DNA of 43,341 nucleotides, taken from NCBI GenBank assembly GCA_036785375.1, contig JAWMAR010002088.1, forward strand, positions 124,001-167,341. The letters are read 5' to 3'. The position numbers and the translations under genes are program-made. Shown one piece after another: positions 33,640 through 43,341 of the stretch. The notes under the pieces were generated by a model. It saw only the letters and a program-made list of their open reading frames with translations. It had not been told where the DNA came from and did no database searches. Origin of the DNA: Leucoraja ocellata. Taxonomy: Eukaryota. Numbering within the stretch: the stretch's first letter is position 1; the number at the start of each line of letters is the position of its first letter.

Positions 33640-35066
33640 AAGGTGTATTATAGACCGCTAAATGGGGATCGAGAATTGGAAGAGCAAATATGTAAGGAGA
33701 TAGCAGATATTAGTAGTAATCACAAGGTAGTGATTGTGGGAGATTTCAACTTTCCACACATAGACTGGGAAACACATTCTGTAAATGGGCTGGATGGTTT
33801 GGAGTTTGTAAAATGTGTGCAGGATAGTTTTTTGCAGCAATACATAGAGGTACCTACTAGAGGAGGGGCAGTGCTGGACCTCCTGTTAGGAAATGAGACG
33901 GGCCAGGTGGCGGAGGTATGCGTTGGGGAGCACTTCGGGTCCAGTAATCACAATACCATTAGTTTCAATATAATTATGGAGAGGGTCAGAACTGGACCTA
34001 GGGTTGAGATTTTTGATTGGAGAAAGGCTAACTTTGATGCGATGCGAAATGATTTAAAAGGAGTGAACTGGGACATTTTGTTTTATGGGAAGGATGTGGA
34101 AGAGAAATGGAGGACATTTAAAGGGGAAATTTTAAGAGTACAGAATCTTTATGTTCCTGTTCGGTTGAAAGGAAACAGTAAAAATTGGAAAGAGCCCTGG
34201 TTTTCAAGGGAAATTGGACACCTTGTTCATAAAAAGAGGGAGATCTACAATAATTATAGGCAGCATGAAGTAAATGAGGTGCTTGAGGAGTATAAAGAAA
34301 GTAAAAAGAATCTTAAGAAAGAAATTAGAAAAGCTAAAAGACACGAGGTTGCTTTGGCAAGTAAGGTGAAAGTAAATCCAAAGGGTTTCTACAGCTATAT
34401 TAATAGCAAAAGGATAAAATTGGTCCATTGGAGAGACATCTGGATAAACAGGGTCTGATTAGGAACAGTCAACATGGATTTGTGCCTGGAAGGTCATGTT
34501 TGACTAATTTTCGTGATTTTTTTGAAGATGTTACTAGGGAAATTGACGAGGGTAAAGCAGTGGATGTTGTCTATATGGACTTTAGTAAGGCCTTTGACAA
34601 GGTTCCTCGTGGAAGGTTGGTTAAGAAGGTTCAACTGTTGGGTATAAATGCAGGAGTAGCAAGATGGATTCAACAGTGGCTGAATGGGAGACGCCAGAGG
34701 GTAATGGTGGATGGCTGTTTGTCGGGTTGGAGGCAGGTGACTAGTGGGGTGCCTCAGGGATCTGTGTTGGGTCCTTTGTTGTTTGTCATGTACATCAATG
34801 ATCTGGATGAAGGTGTGGTAAATTGGATTAGTAAGTATGCAGATGATACCAAGATTGTGGATAATGAAGAGGATTTCCAAAGTCTACAGAGTGATTTAGG
34901 CCAATTGGATGAATGGGCTGAAAGATGGCAGATGGAGTTTAATGCTGATAAATGTGAGGTGCTACACCTTGGCAGGACAAATCAAAATAGGACGTACATG
35001 GTAAATGGTAGGGAATTGAAGAATGCAGTTGAACAGAGGGATCTGGGAATAACCGTGCATAGTTCC
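33640..35066 (+). mobile_element. CR1 family B internal fragment (EN fused to RT by internal deletion near 34430)
   Basis: ORFs 33595-34458 and 34428-35102 are homologous to 17010-19100. Confidence 0.9.
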
Positions 35067-35434
35067 TTTGTCCTGCCCCCCCCCCCCCCACCTCACTTCT
35101 AGCTCTATTTACCCTCACAATCAGTCTGAAGAATGGTCCCAGCCCGAATCATCACCATCCCACGTTCTCAAGTAATGCTGCCCGTCCCACTGAGTTATTC
35201 CAACACTGTTTTTTTTTGTTAACCAGCTTCTTAAGTTCCTCGTTTCTTCTTTCTCCTCCTTCCTGGTCCTGAAGGGTCACTGGCCTGAAGCATTAGCTCT
35301 GCTTTCCTTCCCACATATGACCCACTGCATATTGCCAGTGTTTTCTGTATTTTACTAATGTCAATTTTAACATTACTATTCCTGCATACATTATTGAACT
35401 GCTATCCTTTCCAACAATGTTCAACATAGCTGTG

Positions 35435-35710
35435 TTTACAGATACAGCACGGAAACAGGCCCTTTGGCCCACCGGGTCCGTGCCGACCAGTGATCCCCGC
35501 ACATTAACATCCACTAGCAATTATTTTTACATTTACCAAGCCAATTAACCTCTAAACCTACACGTCTTTAGAATGTGGGAGGAAACCGAAGATTTCGGAG
35601 AAAATCCACGCAGGTCACAGGGAGAATGTACGAACTCCGTACAGACATCGGGATCGAACCCGGGTCTCTGGCACTGCACTCACTGTCTCGTGCTGCACCA
35701 CCTTTGTGAC
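35435..35710 (-). mobile_element. HE1-like V-SINE
   Basis: gatacagcacggaaacaggccc...gggatcgaacccggg. Confidence 0.8.
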
Positions 35711-35976
35711 TGCCCTTTGTTCAAGGTACGAACATTTCAGCATGCAATTCTAATGCAAAAATATCACATAAAATACCAAACAACAGTGTTATTCAAACAA
35801 GTAGATTATATACAGACATGTTGGAATCTTCAGCAATGAAATACTGGAGGAACTCAGCGAGTCAGGCAGCATCTGTGGATGGATAGGACAGGTAACGTTT
35901 TCAGTCAGAACCTGTCTTTAGTAGTTTAAATAGTTTGAATCCAGCCACTTGCAATACATCAGTAATTTTATTGGTC

Positions 35977-36260
35977 TTTAGGTTAGTTTAGAGTTACAGC
36001 ATGGAAATGGGCCCTTTGGCCCACTGAGCCTATGCTGACCATTGATCTCCCATTCACTCTAGTTATTCCACTTTCTCGTCCACTCCTTCCACTCGGGGCA
36101 ATTTACATCGGCAAATTAACTCACAAACCTGCATGCCTTTGGGGTGTGGGATGAAACCGGAGCACCTGGAGGAAGCCCACGTGGTCACAGCGAAACGTGC
36201 AAACTCCGCATAGGCAGACCCGAGGTCAGGATTGAACCTGGGTCTCTGGCACTACGAGGC
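35977..36260 (-). mobile_element. HE1-like V-SINE
   Basis: ttagtttagag...gaaaccggagcacc...caggattgaacctggg. Confidence 0.78.
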
Positions 36261-36454
36261 CGTATTTCACAAAATCCATTAACCAGCTCAACACAGGTTA
36301 ATGGCATTGGCGGCCATGGGTGTCTGTGTTCTATGGAAAATAAAGTTGGGAGGAACAGAACTAATGAATGATGGAAAGAATGAATTGTCAATGAATTGAA
36401 TACTGTATTGTCACATGTACCTAGGGGACCTGGGCTTAGTGAAATGCTTTGTTT

Positions 36455-36650
36455 TCCATACAACCTCAGTCTATCCTTGACAGGACTTTGCTGGCTTCAC
36501 CTCACCCTAAACATTATTCCCTTATCATGTATCTCTACACTGTAAATGCATTGAATTTAACCATGTATTGTCTTTCTACTGACTGGTTAGCAAGCGACAA
36601 AAAGCTTTTCACTGTACCTCGGTACACGTGACAATAAACTAAACTGAACC
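36455..36650 (+). mobile_element. L2-type 3' tail fragment
   Basis: gcttttcactgtacctcggtacacgtgacaataaactaaact. The same tail recurs at ~38570-38610 (+), ~36380-36450 (-) and ~40980-41035 (-). Confidence 0.55.
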
Positions 36651-37019
36651 TAGGTAGTACAAAAGTGTTGCCATGTGTTGGCGCAGACAAAGCTACAAAA
36701 GTTATAAAAGTACCAAGCAGTCCTTTCCACTGCCTGTTGCCGCACATGGCAGCAGACCCCACCCCCACAGCTCCCCCTTTGTTCTCGTCCCCTCCAATGG
36801 GACAGCCTCCCTGTACTGAATGCTCTACGTCTACAATGTGCTAAGTATAAGATTAGATTAAGCAATGCTCACTGGTGGACTTTGTACCTGCAAACCTTTA
36901 TTACTTTGTTGTTCTCTTTGAATAAAACTTTATTGAGTGTTCTTGTCTGTACAAACTAAAATGTGTTGGTTTTTCCGTGACGTTTGAATTCGGGTATCAT
37001 GCTCACCAATCTTATTTAA

Positions 37020-37250
37020 CAGATGCAGCATGGAAACAGGCCTTTCTGCCCACTGAGTCTGTGCTCACCATCAATCACCCAAACACTAGTTTTATGGTTT
37101 CCCTGTTTCACATCCTACAAACTCAGGACAATTTACAGAGGCCAATAAACCTACAAACCCACACGTCTTTGGAATGTGGGAGGAAACCGGAACATCCACA
37201 AGAAACCCGAGCAGTCACAGGAAGATCGTACAAACTCCATACAAACAGAA
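37020..37250 (-). mobile_element. HE1-like V-SINE fragment
   Basis: cacgtctttggaatgtgggaggaaaccgg...cgtacaaactcc. Confidence 0.72.
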
Positions 37251-37872
37251 CCCATTGTTTGGATCCTTCCTGTATTTGTGTAGGAAGGAATTGCAGATGC
37301 TGGTTTACACCAAAGATAGAGACAAAATGCTGGAGTAACGCAGTGGAACAGGCAGCATCCCTGGATAGAAGGATTTAGCATTTTAAAGATCAATACTTTG
37401 AGGGCCCCCTTCACAATGATATGTGCACATATATAGTCACAGAGACACACAAACAGAACCTTCAGCCGACAGAGTCCATTCTGACCATGAAGTACTAATT
37501 CTTTACCATAACTTCCCACCATTGAATGGATCTACAGGAGGTGCTGCCTCAGAATGACAGCTAATATCATCAGAGACCCACACCACCCTGGCCATACTCT
37601 CAGGGCCGGCCACCCTGGACCAGGAATTCACCCGGAAGATCTGGCCCATCCATCATGGACGGAATTCTTGCTCGCTGTGGACCGAGGATGGAGGACCCAC
37701 CTGGAAGGCCCAGCTCGCCCGGCCAGAGTTGAAGGAGTCAGTTTGATGGCTTATAGGCAGTCTGGCTGCAGGAGGGAATGCACTGCCTCAACGGTGGAGT
37801 GGGAGCTGGAGGCCCAGCAGCAGCCGGGGGCTTGGCTGTTCCAGGCGCCGCTCCAAGAGGCCAGGCACATAT

Positions 37873-38281
37873 ATTCCACACCGCTACCACTCTCTGAGTA
37901 AAGAAGTTCCCCCTCATGTTACCCCTAAACTTCTGTTCCTTAATTCTCAAATCATGTCCTCTTGTTTGAATCTTCCCTACTGTCAATGGAAAAAGCTAAT
38001 CCACATCAATTCTGTCTATCCCTCTCATCATACTCCACGCTCCTGGCATTGTTGCTCCAAAAAAATAAAGACCTAACTTGTTCAACCTTTCTCTGTAACT
38101 TAGGTGCTGAAAATAAGGCAACATTCTAGTAAATCTAATATTAAATTATTTTGTCATTGATTGTTTTATATTTAATATGTGTATAAGAATGTCATTGTTC
38201 CATTGCCAGGACAGATGACAATTAAACTCTTGCTCTTGTCCAACCCATTCTTATTCTCTGTAAATTCCCATCATCTCTCTC
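37873..38281 (-). repeat. Local duplicate of 39009-39435 (CR1 fragment plus 145-bp flank)
   Basis: Same truncation junction ctagtaaatct|aatattaaatt and a near-identical flank. Confidence 0.9.
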
Positions 38282-38811
38282 CAGAGATATACCACATATA
38301 CCAGTTGAGCCCTGCAGCAGTAGAGGATACCACAGCTTCACATGGCCAGTCCAAACCTGCAACAATGCCAGGACAATGGGCCTCATGGTCAGGCCTAGAA
38401 CCCTTACTTACAACTTGAGGGCCGTGAAAATGGCACCAAAAACTGGCGACACTGTATACTGTCTCAGCGTACTACTGCTATACACTTGTACTGTATCTGA
38501 CATGCTTATCTAAGACGTATCTAAGGGCTTATATACAGTGATACCTTTACTACACTGTATACACAAATGAATTTCACTGTACCTCGGTACATGCCACAAA
38601 TAAAATACCATTAAAACAATGAACTACCTTTGAGGTTAGAAAGCCTGAGAACTGTTAGCTCCAGGTTGAAGAGCAGCTTTTTTCTCACGGGCAGCAGGCT
38701 TTAAACACTGCACAACACTAATCACAACCTTACCTCAACAACTCTGATCTATGATGGACTTTATTTTGGTTGCAGTTTTGTATTTCCACTGTTATGGTCT
38801 GGTTACGTAGT

Positions 38812-39290
38812 ATATAACCATATAACAATTACAGCACGGAAACAGGCCCTCTCAACCCTTCTAGTCCGCGCCGAACACGTATTCTCCCCTAGTCCCATCT
38901 ACCTGCACTCAGACCATAACCCTCCATTCCCTTCTCATCTATATGCCTATCCAATTTATTCTTAAATGATACCAACGAACCTGCCTCCACCATTACCACT
39001 GGGAGCTCATTCCACACCGCTACCACTCTCTGAGTAAAGAAGTTCCCCCTCATGTTACCCCCTAAACTTCTGTTCCTTAATTCTCAAATTCATGTCCTCT
39101 TGTTTGAATCTTCCCTACTGTCAATGGAAAAAGCTAATCCACATCAATTCTGTCTATCCCTCTCATCATTTTTAAAAGACCTCTATCAAGTACCCCTTAA
39201 CCTTCTGCGCTCCAAAAAAATCAAGACCTAACTTGTTCAACCTTTCTCTGTAACTTAGGTGCTGAAAATAAGGCAACATTCTAGTAAATC
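38812..39290 (-). mobile_element. CR1 family B 3' end
   Basis: ATAACCATATAAC tail and a 3' UTR with the same layout as 9146-9630. Confidence 0.88.
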
Positions 39291-39477
39291 TAATATTAAA
39301 TTATTTTGTCATTGATTGTTTATATTTAATATGTGTATAAGAATGTCATTGTTCCATTGCCAGGACAGATGACAATTAAACTCTTGCTCTTGTCCAACCC
39401 ATTCTTATTCTCTGTAAATTCCCATCATCTCTCTCAAGATTCTATCACTTACCTACAAATGACAGTCAACTTACATG

Positions 39478-39872
39478 GTAGAAACAAGGAACTACAAATG
39501 TTGGTTCACAAAGAAATAGACGCAAAATTCTGGAGCACCTTGGGTGGGTCAGGCAGCATCCCTGGAGAACGGATATGTGTCGATGGATAGATGTTTCGGG
39601 TCAAGACCCCTTCTTCACTCTGTGGAAGGGTGTTGACCCTAAATGTCATCTCTCCATGTTCTCCAGAGATGCTGCCTGACCAGCTGAGTTAATCCAGCAC
39701 TTAGAGTTAGACACAAAATGCTGGAGTAACTCAGTGGGACAGGCAGCACCTCTGGAGAGAAGGTCTCGAACTGAAATGCCACATATTCCCTTTCTCCAGA
39801 GTCGCTGTCTGACCCGCTGAATTACTCAAGCTTTTTGTGTCTATCTTTGGTTTAAACCAGCATCTGCAGTTG
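39478..39872. mobile_element. Two adjacent palindromic Penelope-UTR-derived elements
   Basis: Two sets of inverted arms (39478-39700 and 39708-39872) with decayed gggtc..gaccc hairpins. Confidence 0.7.
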
Positions 39873-41211
39873 TTGGGAGGAACCTATTCTTCAACCTGGA
39901 GGTCATGGTTTTCAACCACCTATACTTTCTTCCCCATGGTGGGAGGTATTAAAAGCGTGGCCACGGGGATGATGTTGGCTACCTTTTTGAGGCAGGGTGT
40001 CGTGTGGATCCCTTCGATGGTAGTGAGGTCAGTATAACATCCTGATTATTCACAAATCTAAGTACTTCATCTGAAGAGCAGGCCTAAGTTGTAGAATTGC
40101 TCTCTAAATATCCCTTCCTCTTATACTTCCTTTAAGATGCACCTTAACTGTTCATTTTGCTAATTGTCATGTAATGCCATTATACTGCTCGAGGTAAAAT
40201 GTTACAGAATAATATTCTTACGAATCTCATTGAAGCATTTTCCTACATTGAAACTGCTATAAATATGTTATTCATTATATCTATGCCTGTTTCCCCTTTC
40301 ACCAAACTAGATTATTCCCATCAAACGAGAATGTCATTGTTTTGTTTGGCTCTGGAGATGTGTGCTGGAATGTGATCATTAAAATCTTCCCGTATATTGA
40401 ACCCTGAACTAGGCTACACTCAACTATGAATAATCAACAAAATAAATACAAAGTGTTGGAGTAACTCAGCAGATCAGGCAGCGTCGCTGGTGAGAATGGA
40501 TAAGTAATGTGTTGAATCAGACCCTGTAGACCGATGGACTGTCTTTGGGTAAACTAAGCATTCGAGGTGTTTTTCCACAAATATTGGGATTATCAATTTA
40601 CTGAATTTTTAGCATGTTATCTATTTGTATTGTCTTACAGGTCTGCTAAGCTGCTGCACGAATGTCATTATTTGGTAGTCAGCACATATGACTATTGAAC
40701 ATTCTATACTCTTCTGGACTCTCTTGTGGAGTGAGAACAAACCTAACATAAGCAAAATGGTGCCATTCATCCTTTGTCCCCAATCTCTGATATTCTATAA
40801 GATCCTCTAGCAGACCACCATTTTTCCAAACTATCCCACAATTCCTTTTGTATCCAAGCATCTTCCTATCCGTGCCTCAAGCATCTGATTGACTGAATGC
40901 CCGCACCCTTCTTGGACAGAGAATTTGAAAGACTAATTACCCTCTGGGTGAAAAAGTTTCATCTCTTTACTGCACTGAATTCAATGATTCAATGATATTT
41001 TATTGTCACATGCACCTAGGTACAGTGAAATGCTCTGTTTCGCATACAACTCGGTAAAATCATATAGCAGACCTAACCGCGGCAATACACAAGTGTCACC
41101 ATGTTTTGGTGCCATAAGAATGTCTGAACCCTTATTTCTAAACTGTGAATTTTGGTTCCAGACACATCAGTCTGGGGAGAAATAAAAAGATCATCCCTCA
41201 TGACCTTTATA

Positions 41212-42751
41212 ACATATAACCATAGGTTATCCCTAAATTTCCGTACCTTCATTCTGAAGTCATGTCCTTTTGTTTGAATCTTCCGTATTCTCCAAGGGAA
41301 AAGCTTGTCCACATCAACTCTGTCTATCCCTCTCATCATTTTAAGACCGCTATCAAGTCCCCCCTTAACCTTCTGCGCTCCAGAGAATAAAGACCTAACT
41401 TATTCAACCTTTCTCTGTAACTTAGTTGTTGAAACCCAGGCAACATTCTAGTAAATCTCCTCTATACTCTCTCTATTTTGTTGACATCCTTCCTATAATT
41501 GGGCGGCCAAAATTGTACACCCTACTTCAGATTTGGTCTCACCAATGCCTTGTACAATTTTAACATTACATCCCAGCTTCTATACTCAATGCTCTGATTT
41601 ATAAAGGCTAGCATACCAAAAGCTTTCTTTACCACCCTATCTATATGAGATTCCACCTTCAAGGAACAACTATGCACGGTTATTCCCAGATCCCTCTGTT
41701 CAACTGCATTCTCCAATTTCCTACCATTTACCATGTACGTCCTATTTTGATTTGTCCTGCCAAGGTGTAGCACCTCACATTTATCAGCATTAAACTTCAT
41801 CTGCCATCTTTCAGCCCATTCCTCCAAATGGCCTAAATCACACTGTAGACTTTGGAAATCCTCTTCATTATCCCCAACACCCCCTATCTTGGTATCATCT
41901 GCATACTTACTAATCCAATTCACCACACCTTCATCCAGATCATTGATGTACATGACAAACAACAAAGGATCCAACACAGATCCCTGAGGCACCCTACTAG
42001 TCACCTGCCTCCAACCCGACAAACAGCCATCCACCATTACCCTCTGGCTTCTCCCATTCAGCCACTGTTGAATCCATCTTGCTATTCCTGCATTTATACC
42101 CAACAGTTGAACCTTCTTAACCAACCTTCCATTAGGAACCTTGTTAAAGGCCTTACTAATGTCCATATAGACAACATCCACTGCTTTACCCTCATCAATT
42201 TCCCTAGTAACCTCTTCAAAAAATTCAAGAAGATTAGTCAAACATGACCTTCCAGGCACAAATCCATGCTGACTGTTCCTAATCAGACCCTGTTTATCCA
42301 GATGCTTATATATAGTATATTTTCCATTAATTTGCCCACCACTGAAGTCAAACTAACAGGTCTATAATTGCTAGGTTTACTTTTAGTACCCTTTTTAAAC
42401 AATGGAACAACATGCACAGTACGCCAATCCTCGGGGACTATTCCCGTTTCTAATGACATTTGAAATATGTCTGTCATAGCCCAGGGACATAAAGATTATG
42501 TACTCTTAAAATTTCCCTTTTAAATGTCTTCCATTTCTCTTCTACATCTTTCCCATAAAACAAAATGTCCCAGTTCACTCCTTTTAAATCATTTCGCATC
42601 TCATCAAAGTTAGCCTTTCTCCAATCAAAAATCTCAACCCTAGGTCCAGTTCTGACCCTCTCCATAATTATATTGAAACTAATGGTATTGTGATTACTGG
42701 ACCCGGAGTGCTCCCCAACGCATACCTCCGCCACCTGTCCCGTCTCATTTC
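41212..42751 (-). mobile_element. CR1 family B fragment with internal deletions
   Basis: RT ORF 41522-42259, EN piece 42474-42750, and a tail remnant at 41212-41224. Confidence 0.9.
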
Positions 42752-42941
42752 CTGCAGTTCCTTCTCTCACAAAGGAAACGGTGCATGGTGCAAATCAAAG
42801 CAGAAATTCCAGTCTGTATTGTACCGAAACAGGGGAGATTGAACCGTTTTAACGTCTACATGAACCTCAGACTGAATGTGTATTGCGCGCGTTTTTAAAC
42901 TCAATAGAGATTTAAAGCCAAGCCAGTAACGAATACCTTAC

Positions 42942-42993
42942 CTGCAAGAGCCCCTTGTACGTGGAAGAAACTCAGCAAGATGAACAGAATCAT
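42942..42993 (-). CDS. MHC class I-like gene, exon 1 (signal peptide MILFILLSFFHVQGALA|G); optional in-frame upstream ATG at 43014 adds MREVVRA
   Basis: Reverse complement reads ATG ATT CTG TTC ATC TTG CTG AGT TTC TTC CAC GTA CAA GGG GCT CTT GCA G|GTAAGG. This is a hydrophobic leader ending A-L-A with a phase-1 donor, and it joins GG of the alpha1 exon to give Gly1. Confidence 0.85.
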
Positions 42994-43070
42994 TGCGCGT
43001 ACAACCTCTCGCATCAACAGCAGCAACTGAGCCAAACTTCACCAACACCAAAGCAGGATAATCTCATCAT

Positions 43071-43125
43071 ACAATCAGAATAAAAATACCACGGGTCGTC
43101 ACCAGTTGTCGAGCGGTGTCATTGG
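43071..43125 (-). promoter_or_regulatory. Putative MHC X1-X2-Y proximal promoter module plus upstream CCAAT
   Basis: Sense strand reads CCAAT (43125-43121), then CTCGACAACTGG-TGACG (X1-like plus X2/CRE half site, 43113-43097), an 18-bp spacer, then CTGATTGT (Y-box-like, 43078-43071). These lie 60-110 bp upstream of the upstream ATG. Confidence 0.5.
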
Positions 43126-43341
43126 ACCAGCAGGAAACCATTGACTGCAATGGAGACACGTGGAGGAACTGAGGTGTAACTCAGCAGTTCGGGTCGCAAG
43201 TCCGGAGAGCATAGATGGTGACAAAGCGCTGGAGTAACTCAACGGGTCGAGCAGCATCTTTGGAGAAAAAGGATAGATGACTATTGTCAATCTGAAATAG
43301 GGTCCCAATCTGAAATAGCGCCTATCAATGTCTTCCAGAGA

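Overview
This is vertebrate genomic DNA, most likely from a cartilaginous fish. A skate or ray origin is inferred from the HE1/V-SINE, CR1, Penelope and Rex1 repeat content. Almost the whole window is one minus-strand MHC class I-like gene: leader exon 42942-42993, alpha1 exon 26278-26537 and alpha2 exon 1962-2237. All three splice in phase 1 across introns of 16.4 kb and 24.0 kb, and the alpha3/TM exons lie beyond the left edge. The groove residues are non-classical, the alpha1 exon carries a 1-nt frameshift, and an X1/X2/Y-like promoter sits upstream. The introns are packed with nested transposons. The most unexpected item is a non-autonomous TIR DNA transposon (10449-12674, 7-bp TSD) that appears to have captured exon 1 of the DNA-repair gene TDP2, including its Kozak ATG and intact splice donor, plus a second diverged partial copy. 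Penelope elements carry a minimal hammerhead-ribozyme motif that has also spread as short palindromic non-autonomous elements. Two local duplications each copy a LINE truncation junction plus about 140 bp of flank. Protein assignments come from remembered family motifs, not database searches. Repeat boundaries are approximate unless a TSD or TIR is quoted.
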